Origin: Takakia lepidozioides
Lineage: Eukaryota > Plantae > Bryophyta
NCBI GenBank assembly: GCA_030704615.1
Contig: CM060733.1
Coordinates: 63,860,001-63,924,000, forward strand
DNA: 64,000 nucleotides
Direction of reading: 5' to 3'
Shown here: positions 10,348-21,811 of the stretch, in pieces
Numbering within the stretch: the first letter of the stretch is position 1
How the letters are laid out: the number at the start of each line of letters is the position of its first letter
Translations under genes and position numbers: made by a program
The notes under the pieces: model-generated
What the model saw: the letters and a program-made list of their open reading frames with translations, nothing else
Databases searched by the model: none
What the model was told of the DNA's origin: nothing

Positions 10348-13300
10348 GAAGCTTTACTTCCAGTAGAATTCTTATTACCTACTATGAGAACGGAATGGGG
10401 AAGAAGAATGGAATTGGAGGATTCAATTAAAGTCAGGAAACATGAGTTATATCATGTGGAGGAAGTACGTGCGGATGCAGCAGATAACATGACCAGAATT
10501 CAGATGAAGAGGAAGGATCAGTTTGATGAAGGTAAATTGAAGACTTTTAAGACGGGTGATTTGGTACTGTGGTTGCAGAAGAAGGGAAAGAATAAAGCTT
10601 CTAAGCTTAAGTCGCCATGGAAAGGACCTTATGTCATACAGAAGATGTATGATAACAACACAGTCATGTTACAAACCATTAACAAAGAGATACTTGGAAG
10701 AGTCAATGCCAATAAGTTGAAGGGATATAGTGGTATCCATGACAAACCATTGCAGCATGATTTGCATCTTGAAACACAGATGCCATCACAGCCTACACCA
10801 GTAACACCAATGGAGCATGAAGCACTTGTTGTTAAACCGAATGTGTATGGCCATAACAAAGAACACGGGTGTTCACACAGCCCACCACAATGTAACACAG
10901 CCTATCACAGCTCACCACAGTTTAACACAGTATATCACAGCTCACCACAATGTAACACAGCCTATCATAGTTCACCACAGTTTGACACAGTCTGTCATAG
11001 CCCAACACAGTCCATGCGGGTTGCACAGTCCATAGGGTCGGTGACAAGTGGACGCGGGTTAACGTCAGGAAAGTAGCCGGTAAGTGTAAGGTCAGCTTGG
11101 GAGTCAAACTCGGAGAAAAAGCCATGCGGACAGAGGGAGACGGGAGAGAGTTTAAATTTGAACACGTGGCCTAAGGGGCAAAGCACTCCACTTTGCATGT
11201 ACTGCAATAGCGGGTGTTATCATGCAAAAAGACAAACTGGGCCATCAAAGTACCTACCCGGTACAGCAGCCAAAATTAATTGCGGGCCCATTAATGCATC
11301 CAGGGAGCAGGTAACGGAACCCTTTACGCGTACAACAAAGGGGGACCTTTGCCACATGTGTTGTCCTAGTGGGCATTCCAAGTGGGAATGTGAGCAGATG
11401 GGGGTAAAATTGAGAAGTTACCCGAGGAGGCAACAGCCAATCAGGAACGTGAATTTCATGCAGGTGGTTCCCTCCAAGAAACAAGAACAACAAATTAGAA
11501 AAATTATGAGCGGAAGAGTCGGGGTTGCTCCGAAAGTCATGCCCAAATCTCTGACAGAGGTTCAAGGGGTAGAGTGCAAGGGCACTGCTGCACCTGTGGA
11601 GGATCAGGTTGCTCAGGGAGAAGATCTTGTAGGATCATGGCCTGACTGGTTTGTGAAACATCAAACAATGGAGGATCAGGGAGAACAATAGCAAGTTCTT
11701 CATGAAGACCCACAGCAGGCCATGCTTATGAGTTCCATAACCAGGACACTAAATTTGTTGGGCACTTGTGTGAAATCCCATGTTCCTTCCACACAATTGG
11801 CAGCATTGAGGGAGGAGCTCAAGCAAGAGTTTGAGGCAAGAATTGCCACTGAGTGTGCAAATAAGGTGGATGTGGAGGCCAACCATAAGTTGCGGAAAGA
11901 GTTGGAGGACGCTTAGTCTGCCCTACAGTTTGCAAAGGAAAACCTGATTGAAGCAGGTCTGGAGCAGGAGAAGTTGCATGAAGTGCAGAAGCAGCAGTTA
12001 TACCAGTTGCAAGTGAAGCATGAGGGCAAACTATAGGAAGTGAAGTTGCTTCATACAGAGTCGGAGGCAGTTCATCAGAGAATGACCATCCAATGTGCCT
12101 CACTAACAATTACTCTGGAGCAAACTGCATTAGAAGTTAACAAACAAGCAGAGAGATGTATGATGGTGGAGGCCGAGTCAGTCGAGCAGGGAAAACTCAT
12201 TGCTGACTTGAAGGCTACTATTTGTTGCAATGAGGATACCTTTCAACAGTACAGTCGGATTGAGGCTGAGAAGGACAGGTATATCCTGGAGTTGCAGCAA
12301 ACACTCACATCATGAAAGAATGAGCTTTCTGTGACTACCAAGGCTTGGAAGGAAGCCAATCTGACTGCTGCCTATGCAACCTTGGTTGAACCTCATGCAA
12401 AGCGTATGGAGGCTTTACAACAGCAGTTGGACATGTACAGACTCAAGGAGGAGCAGGCTCTTCGGGGTGCTACACAGAACTTGGTGGATAATCATCTTAT
12501 GCAAGTGTGGTTAACGCAAGGGCCGGTAGAAGGGAAGGCACCAAGGAAGCTCACCCAGGAGGAGATGAATGATCTCAGGCTGCAGGTGCAAAACATTGCC
12601 ACAACCACTATAGACAATGTCTATAGTAGAATAGCTGAGTTGCAGGATGATGTGGAAGGGCTGCAGACTCAAGTGGATGACTTGAGCTCCAACATTGACA
12701 AAAGAGCCTTTGTTCCTGAGGAACAGCTGGTGGCTACTTATTTGCATGCGAGGACTCTGATTTTCCAATCTTCATCACCGGAGGTGCAGGACTTGCCAAC
12801 CATAGGAGGGACAGTGGCGGCCATATCACAGCAGCCACAGCCGGTCGACACTGTTGATACCATGGCACTGCAGCAATTTGAGGTTTGGGGGGATGCATCT
12901 TTTAACCCACCTAGGACTCCTGCTGCACTTGAGTACAATCGGGCTATGATTATGCCCTTCAACCAAATTCCTATTTTGATGGATATGGCTCGGAAGGATT
13001 CAGTCCAGTTATTTGTGATAACGTGCAATGAAACAAGCAACATAGTATAATCCACAGCCCATGACCAAACTAGGTACCTCCTTGGTCTTGGTATAGATGT
13101 ACCCATGAACACTCCGGAAGGCAATTAATTCCCTCAGCATGGTGCCTACCTCAGACCAGTACCTCGCAAAATGGTGATCCTCAATGGGTCGGTTATTCAG
13201 AAGAACCTTAGTCCGAGTTGCCACCGGCAACCAAATGTGCATGATCTAGTAATAGTGTGCCAAAGACTCTGAGCAGCAGAAGATGCAGTCCAGATTTCAG

Positions 13301-13759
13301 AGTTATTCCACTGGGGATCATTGGATCTTACCTTCAGTTCCACCCCATACGTATCTGTATGATGTGAAGGTCATGCTGCAGAAGGATCCCCAGCTTCGTT
13401 CTTGGTTCCATTTTGCTTTGGACAGTTTGGCCAAGGAAAAATTTGGCTTTGACGATATTTTTTATAAGGGACATGAAGCCTGGAAATACTTACACTGTTC
13501 TAAGGTCATTGGCACACCTCTCACCTATACGGACAAGAAGCTTCGCGAGTATACTAATTTTGCTCGCAAGAGATTGATGCAAGTTCTAAAATTTAAGCTT
13601 CCAGACATGGTGGGCAAACACTGTGTGCCATGCAAGATTCCCGAGAAGCCCCATAAGATCAGAGCACCGAAAGGCAACAGCGGGGACGATGATTCGGATA
13701 CAACTGGTTCTATGGAGGAAATTTTGACATGGCGGAGGACTATGCACTACAGATGGTAG
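10348..13759 (+). pseudogene. Integrase C-terminus plus in-frame extension (zinc-knuckle-like motif, long predicted coiled coil, unknown domain)
   Basis: ORFs starting at 10384, 11158, 11722, 12040 and 12331 share one frame and are separated only by isolated TAG/TGA/TAA codons; CHMCCPSGHSKWEC; E/Q/L/K-rich segment; a frameshift precedes ORF 13283-13759. Confidence 0.7.
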
Positions 13760-13994
13760 AGAAGAAATGACGGGGATTTCCTATGCCAGAGAAGTTACCT
13801 CCTTATCAACCAAAGGAAGGACAGACATTTCCATTTGGTGATTAGTCATCTCCACCAGCCAGTGACAGGGCTCGGGCTCGCACACAAAGCCCTCCACGGG
13901 ACTCTCACCGACAGAAGGGTGCTCGTTCACAAAGGTTTGCTGATCCTAAACAGTAAACCGTGAGGACACGGCTTTTTGAGAGGGGGAGGGGTAA

Positions 13995-14934
13995 TGTTAG
14001 AGGGTTGTCAGGGACTTAGATAGTTTTACGGGTTTTGTGGGGTACCCCTAATTTTTGCACAGACTTATGGATGGTAGACTTAGACCAACACAGGCCTTAG
14101 GGGTGGTATACAGGCTTACACAGTCAGTCATAGACTTATACAGTTAGACACAACTTGACACAGCTAGTCGCAGTCTGACACAACCTTACACAGCCTATCA
14201 CAGTCTATCACATCCTGACACAGCCCGACACAGTTAGTCACAGCCCGACACAACTCGACACAGCTCAACACAGCCAGTCACAGCCGACACAGTTGGGCAC
14301 AGCCTGTCACAACATTTGCAGGGAACGGTTACCAAGGCAGGGAACGACTGTGTGGGAACGACATCGGCAGCAGGAACGTGTATTCTATCTGGATGACAGT
14401 TAGTTAGAACAGCTTGCAGGTAGAAAAGGCAGAGTAGCAATGGAGGGAGGACACTTCTGGGATCACGACTTGGCCATCGGGAAAGGAAGGACGATCTGGA
14501 GCTGAGGAATGGAGAGTGCAGTGAAGGAGGAGTCGCGAACTGTTGATGCTTGAATCATGCAAGCCGTAGAGTTATACTGTAGAGCAGACTAGGGACACCA
14601 TGGCTTCGGCCTGACATTTGATAGAGCATAATCTGATACATATTCCATACTCACACTGTGTAGCGAGACTTGAGTGAAGCTGTGGAATGAAGGGATGAGT
14701 GATTGGAACATGGTAGATTGCTGAAGCAATCTGATGCTTAAATATAAATAGTAAGGTAATTTGCTGACATGAAGGCAAGAAAGAATACAAACAAGAAGCA
14801 CTTCCATGATACATTAGTTGTAGGTCCTGACTGATTGTTCTGAGCGGGCTGAGTGCTTAGAGATATCCAACTCTTCTATTTTGGAGTTCCCACCTCGGAT
14901 AGCGAAGGGATAGGTGAGTAAGAGCCGCTCAACA
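13995..14934 (+). repeat. 3' LTR (940 bp) of element C
   Basis: TG...CA ends, preceded by a PPT; diverged homologue of LTRs A and B with the same CACAG minisatellite. Confidence 0.9.
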
Positions 14935-16761
14935 AGGTCCATGGCGACATCTTGAGAGCTGGAATTGTACCAAGGTGAATGCCTATCAGATTACCAGATG
15001 CAAAGAGGTGCATGGTTGCATCGCCAAAGGCAGTAGCTGCAGCGGCACATTCTTCCTGGCATGGAGGAACCCTGGGGCTGACTCCATGTACACTGACGAT
15101 ATTGTGAAGGAGTGGCATTTGGAACATTTGTGTGATTGCCCTTGGTATGTGGACCTTCCGCCCGGCTCGCTCGACCCATCCGAGTTTCAATTGAAGCTGG
15201 ATGCTGAGGCCCGACGAAACCGGGCTCCGCTGCCTCCGCTGGGTGCAAAAGAGGCAAAAGCGCTTGCGAACTCCAGGAAAGCGGCGGAGCTTGCTCAGGC
15301 AGGAATTCAGGAGAAATTGAATGAGAAGAGTAAAGGCCAAAGGAAAAGGACAAGGAAACAGGTGAGTGCAGTAACACCCAAAAAACAGAAAACCATCGGG
15401 GCATCGGAGGAGGCGCAGGAGGGGACCCAAGAGACTGACTCGGACGATGACTTTGTTCAAGGTCCTGCGACTGCTGTTGCTGCTACCCAGTCACCGGTCG
15501 TCCGGGTTCCCAAGTCACTTCGGAGTGGGACTGGCTCTGCCAAGAAGTTGGCATTTGAGGGCGAGCCTACACGGCGGTGACGTTTACGCACAAGCCAAAG
15601 CTAGAACCTCCAACCATCATCCAATGTGTCAATGAGAGCTTCCTTGACGCTCTCGCTGCCAGGGCGAAGAAGGTGGCACACAACAAGTCTCTGGCAGAGC
15701 AGAAGGGGAAAGCCAAGAAGAGGGCTGCCGGTACAGAGCCTAAAGACACCCCTGGTTTTGAAGCCATGATGGAATTCTTCACGGCTGTGAGCACGGATTG
15801 CAAGAGCACTCGGGGGGGGGGGGGGGTGAGGTGGAGAGAGCTTGCGACATGATTCTCCTCGACATTCCAGATGGGGAGCTGCTGGAGGGCCTGGATGGTG
15901 TGCCCACTTGGAACAGGTTTACTGAGGACTACTGGAAAGCCGGGTTTGGGCTGGTGGGGATGCTTCTGGATGACGGTGGATGTGTGGTTGTCCTTGCCAC
16001 AAGAGGGAAGACCACAGAGAATGCGGTGGCAAGGTGGACACCGGAAAGTGTCACCCCGGTCCTCCTCAGAAAATGGTTCTGCATCAATACACAAGGGTTG
16101 CAAACAGAGGGCCAAAGTGTAAGTTATCAATCTATTGCATTCACCTCATATTGTGGTGTATCTAAACAAGATCCCGGAGTTGATCCCTCTTTTGTTGGAT
16201 GTACAGACATTGGTGTTTGAGGCATATTGCTTTGTGAAGAGAGGGTCTACGTTCAAATTCCGCAACGACGGTCGTCTTGTTGATGCCGCTGTGGACCCTG
16301 TTACCTACGATGTCCTCTACAACTATGTGCCCCACTCCAGTTTGCCGAAAGACACAAAGACAGGCAAACTGTGGCGGTACAGCCAGACCCGGAGCCCTGC
16401 TTTCATCCAAACCCTCATGGAGACGTGCTCGGATGTCCAAGGGCGGATTCTGGACCTCACATGCGGCACGAGTAAGCCTTCACGTGCTCAGTTTGTCCCC
16501 TGGCCCGATTGCAATTGCATGCCGCAAGCTATTAACCGCCCGCTTTGTTCCTCAGGTGCTTCAATGTGGGTAGGGACGTTGTCCGACAGGCATGTGTTCG
16601 CCTTCGAGCCAGATACTGCCCTCCACAACTCGGAACTTGCAGCGGCTGAACGTCTGCCGAAAGAGGAAGAGGCATCCTCGGAGGATGAGGAAAAATCCGA
16701 GAAGGAGCAGGGGGAGGAACAAGTTGGGATCGAGGCCGAGGAGCCCCCGGTGTACGAGTGA
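14935..16761 (+). pseudogene. Intron-containing beta-class N6-adenine/N4-cytosine DNA methyltransferase-like gene; 5' part disrupted by the LTR nest
   Basis: Motif IV-like CDMILLDIPDG (DIPD at 15861-15872) and LLDDGGCVVV precede RSPAFIQTLMETCSDVQGRILDLTCGT|SASM...RHVFAFEPD (motifs X, I and II). GT-AG introns 16119-16206 and 16472-16555 give a continuous frame. Frameshifts at about 15578 and in the G-run at about 15812-15826. Confidence 0.75.
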
Positions 16762-16789
16762 GTGGTTGCATTGTAAGTTGCCTCCAGAT

Positions 16790-19300
16790 TTCGTGAGGCA
16801 CCTCCCTTCGCTCTCTTATTTCATTGAAACCCCATACGATGTCTGAGGCAGTCAACGGGTGGGTTAAGTGCAGGATTGAAGATGGCTTTGTGAGCTTTTT
16901 TAGGAGGGTCGTGCAGTAACTGGTTAAAGGAGGAGACAATTTTTTTGTGGTTGTCAGTAGCTTTTTGTTTGGTAATAAGATAGGCAGCTTTTTGGCTTCC
17001 CTACCCAATTTGGAGAGGCAGCCATCCAATTGGGTATAGCGGAGGGGGCATAAGCGCTTGGCAGTTTGTCAGGGTATTTAAACAGGTAATGCGAGGGTCG
17101 GATTTCTAGTTGTTGCATGGGTGGGACGTGACGGAGGTGGGTATGATAATGAGGGCACGTCGAATCGTGTGATACACATTAAGGTGAGAGGTCCATGCAC
17201 GTTTTTGTGTACGAGTAAGGTAACCTCCGTTTTGTTTTGAGCGAGTAGTTTGCGGGATCTCCGAAGGGGCAGAACATGTGGCGATGACACTTTTGGTCAT
17301 TTGTTGCATTATACATGTAAGCGCGACCTCAGCTTCAAGCTAGGTTCTGTCAGGGGACTGTGCTATGTTTGTATCGGTGAGGATGTAAGATAGTTTTAAT
17401 ATAAGGAAGGAGGCGGTTGGGTAGAAGTGATTGTGAAAAAACGACGATGTTGCCCTGAGGGAGTGGAGAGAGAATCCTAGATTGCGATGGTGGGATATGT
17501 ACTGCCAGTATGGGGCGGAAGGGAATGAGTGATGGCGGGAGGGATAGTGAGACGGGGTAGTGGTCAGAGTTGCATATACTGTCAATGTGATTGTGGCTGT
17601 GAAGATACTCCGGAATATTGTTCTGTATTCTAAGGTAGAAGCCATCAAGAAGACTTAGTGAGGAGTAATTGAGTCCGCCTTGTCTTGAGTAGTGGTGGTC
17701 GGCGGGTATATATCGAAATTTATGTAGTAGAGTAAATTTTGCCCATTCATGGTCAGTGAGGATGGGGGTTTGTGTGAGCCATTGTAAGTGTGGTCAAGTA
17801 GGGCGATATCTCGATTGAAGTCCCCTGCTAATATGAAGTGGTGATGTTGGTTTGTAGACTGGGTGACGGTATCTGAGATTGTGTATAGGAGGTCTGGGAT
17901 CAGCGGAAGGTCATCGATGTGTGAGGGCATGTATAAGTGTATGATGGTGATGGACTGGAGTGCAGGTAGATGTAGTTGGATGATTTGAAGATGGGAACGA
18001 AGAGGGATAGGAATAGGTAACTTAGTTGTGGTGTTGGGGGAGTGGTGAGTGCGGAGGATAGCTAGCGCAACTCCTCCTCGGGTAGGGTAATAAAGGAGTT
18101 TGTTTATATAGGAACTGTTAGGGTTATTTGTATTGAGTTTGGTTTCTTGTAAGAGAATAATATGTGGAGCCGTAGAGTCTGTGAGGAGACGTATGAGGCT
18201 TTGGATGCTGGTTGCAGCCAGCGAACCAACGTTCCAAGTGGTTATGGTAAGTGAGTTTATGGTTGCGGAGGGGATCGGTTGGGAGTGGCTAGATTCAGCG
18301 GGTGTTGGAGGAGCCCTGTGTGTAGGTTCAAGTGATGGGGGTGAGGGTGGGGGTGGGGTAGGTGGTGGTTGATAACCGGCAATATTGGAACTAGCTTGGA
18401 TGGTGGCGGCAAGGATGCTTTGGGATAGGAATGGGAATTTGCTGGTGATAGTGTCGGAGTCTAGTGTGGGGTTTGCTAACTGTTCACCGAGTATTTTGTG
18501 AACTTCCCCGGGCTTTGGATTGTAGGAGGTGAAGTGATGCGTGTAGGTCAAAGAGATAGTGTGGAGGGGCTAGGTATTGGTGAAGAACATGGAGGCACTA
18601 CGACATTAAGTACACTGGGATCTCTGTATTGCATAGATGAGTGGGCAATTGGAACATTATCATATATGTTTAAGCAGGGGCCATAGAATATTGCAACAAA
18701 GGTGGGCGGCCAAAGCCATTTTGGGAGTGTGATAAGTCTGGTACTTGACATGATAGCAGATTCAGGCAGGTGGTAACATTCATGTGGATCTATCATAGTT
18801 ACTTGCAGTGACACATAAGATTCATGGTGATATGCATCTGTGGCAGGTACAGCATAGCACGGGAGTAGAATTTGGGGAGTAAACTGACCTGAAACGTTGT
18901 GGGGCGCCTGGGGAGGGTGAGCTGGCCAATACCTTGTAAATGATGTTAAATTGAGTAGAATTTTGCCACCTATAGTATGGTGGGCGCCTGTAAATGAGTT
19001 TTGTGAGGTCTGATGAAGTTGAGATATGCAAATCTAAAGTATGCAATCTGCTCTGAGCAGTTAGCAAAAGACAGTCCCTAGAGTCACGAGTGTTGTAGCA
19101 GTAGGTAGTGAACCAGCAAGTAGAAAATTGAAGTAGGGGCATTCTTGGAAAAATACCTGGGTATGCTTCGTGTAAGAAGAGACACAGGTGAGAGAAGGGG
19201 TGCTTCCTGATGGTGTTCAGAGGATTGTAGTGAGTGGCTTTATAGAAAAGATGGGGGAGGGTGTAAGAACCTGCTGGGGCAGCGAATCTGCCAATGTAAG
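16790..19300 (-). mobile_element. Degenerate LINE fragment containing the ORF2 APE endonuclease region
   Basis: ITTWNVGSL, IILLQETKL, GGVALAI, HLYMPS and ILAGDFN motifs in ORF 17655-18551; boundaries approximate. Confidence 0.85.
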
Positions 19301-20729
19301 AGAGTGTGCACCGTGGGGGGGAAACAACGGGCACCACCTGGCATTCCCAATGCACAATGGCCTCCAGCAGCTCCCTTAACTTTTGGGGCTTCATTAGGGG
19401 TGAGAAGCCCCCACTCGGAGCCTCCGACCTCCTCAGACTTTCCCCAACCATTCTCGCATTTGTCCATTTGTCCAGCACTAGGTAAACTGAATGGGAATTA
19501 GGGCTCTATCTTGTTGTCCGATTGCTCCATGTTCAACAGATCTTGAGCCGGCTATAAGGTCCATCTTCTTGCCTTGGGCGGGCATAGGTACGAGTAGCAC
19601 ATTGCTCATTGTGTCCAGATCTAATGCCAATTACCAGCACCCCGTAATGAGGTGACAAAGTTGCCATTTCATGGCTGGCTGCCACTTTCTGCTGTTTACT
19701 GCCATGCTTCTTTGGTATATTTTGCTGAAGATGGCCTTCAAAACAAGGTCTTGGTTTGGGGCGCTCCAATCCTCTAGTGGCAGACCTGTATGTCTTTCGG
19801 AGGGCATTGGTGAAGGCCATTCTCGAGTCTTCAGGGACATTTGACCCATAACTAATGGCATCGTGCTTTGTATGTAAGACAATCCGAGTGGCAGGGACTT
19901 CATAGGAGTGGTGACCAGCCAGGGATATAGTCATCTTGTTATTTATCATGGCCATCGCGTTGGAAGGCACGACTGCCTCTTTCAGCCAATTATGCATTTT
20001 GATATGATCAGGTAGGCAGAGATTGTTCCAGATGGTAATTAGGGGGGCCTGCTGCTCGGCGTTGCGGCTGGTTCTACTAGTTGTTTCCAATTTCTCTCCC
20101 ATTTTCCAGAAATCATCAGCTAAAGCACGTTCAAGGTTGTGCGATCTGGCTTCCATATCAATAGCCCTGACCACATCATGCTAGAGTTTTCCATTGTTCA
20201 CGACATCCCATAAAGTACTTGTGAACGAGTTATTCATGGCAGCAATACATACCATTTGGTTGTCGTGTGCTGGCATTTTCAGACAGTGTGTGGCAATATG
20301 CTCGTTTGCAAGCTCCTGCCCGCAAGCTGGTAGCTCTTTTGGGAATACTTTTGTTGCGTTGGAGTTGAGCAAGAGACATATAAGTTGCACGGTAGCAGCG
20401 GCAGTTAGATTTCCCATTTGGATGTCCCGAGCGGTGGAACTTTTGCATTGCAGAGAGTTCGGAGCAGGGATCCCTGCTGCTGGGGAGGCTCCACGACGGC
20501 CGGGCGCATCACAGGCGGGGCCTGTCCCCGCAGATCGACTGATGTTGTGGTGCTCCGGCATCTTCTCTCCTTGATGGTGAGCTCTGGCCGCCAGTGAGGT
20601 GGAATAAACCAACGGAAATTACCCAACCAAGCCAGAAGCCAGGGTTTTGGGGGTCTTATCTTCCAAATCCAAGGAGGTCCGCCATGGTCCATGGAGGCAG
20701 GCTGCATGTCAAGCAGGAGCAAAGAACTG

Positions 20730-21480
20730 GTCTCTTTCCACTGGTTGAGGATAGGTCCTCCACACAACAACATCTGGTTTAATTGGCATTTTGTCAATGA
20801 AGTCCTCTGCCTCATCCGCATGACCAAGAAGGTCTACCATGCAGACGAAGTGCTCTACTGTTGGAGTAACACCATGATCTTGACTCAGTGAATCAAAGTA
20901 GTGTTTTCCTTCATCCACTAGGCCAACATGGCTACATGCACAGAGTATTGTCTAGCTTCAAGCCTTCCTTTTGCATTCCTTCAAATAGTTGCAGGGCCTT
21001 CCTGTGACAACCATGCTGGGAATACCCTGCGATCATCGCAGTCCATGACACCACATTCCGTTCAGCCATACTGTCGAACACTCCCTTTGCATCTGCGATG
21101 CTGCCACATTTGGCATACATGTCCACCAGGGTATTGTTCAGACTGATATCAGGTACAATTCCAGCTTTGATTATGTCACAATGGACCTGTTTGCCCTTTT
21201 CCAGGGCTGCAAGGCTACCACACGCATTGCAAACACAATCCACCGTAACCTGGTCTCGCTTCACCCCTTCCCGCTTCATTTGTTCATAAGTTTCCAAAGT
21301 CTCCATCCCACACCCATGCTGGGCATATGCTTCAATCATCACGTTCCTGCATGACACTACATTTCGTTCAGTCATATTTTTGAACACTCCCTTTGCATCT
21401 TTGATGCTGCCGCATTTAGCATACATGTCCACGAGGCTATTATTCAGAATGACATCGGGTAGAATTCCAGCTTTGATGGC
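20730..21480 (-). pseudogene. PLS-class PPR gene fragment (P-L-S repeats and start of the E domain)
   Basis: LVDMYAKCGSI.DAKGVF..M.ERNVVSWTAMIAGY repeats; EHFVCMVDLLG..DEAEDFIDKMPIKPDVVVW; internal deletions; truncated at both ends. Confidence 0.92.
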
Positions 21481-21811
21481 GGCGATATGATTGGACTTTT
21501 TAGCTGAAACTTTGGGAGTCGTTGTCGTGGGGACAAGTGTGGAAATTTGAGTGGCCTATGAGTTAATCGACACGACATCTAGGCTGTCAGCCACCACTCC
21601 GCATTTGGGCGCTCAATGACCATACATTGGTTCTCATGTCTATCCACCTGTGTACCGTTTAATTTCGCATTTAAAGACCATTCCTTCCAAAGCAACTACT
21701 ACAATTGTGCAAATACTTCTTACATCCACCCCGGAAGCACCACCCCAGTAGACTCTGCACTCAGAAGCAACATTGGACTCTGGAATGTGCACTCTGAAGC
21801 AACATTGACAG

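Larger units (their letters stand above)
10347..14934 (+). mobile_element. Element C: 3' part of a related Ty3/gypsy element (integrase C-terminus, long 3' coding extension, PPT, 3' LTR)
   Basis: Integrase tail EALLPVEFLLPTMR...FKTGDLVL...KLKSPWKGPYVI; PPT GAGAGGGGGAGGGG at about 13978-13991; LTR TGTTAGAGG...AACA at 13995-14934. Confidence 0.9.
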
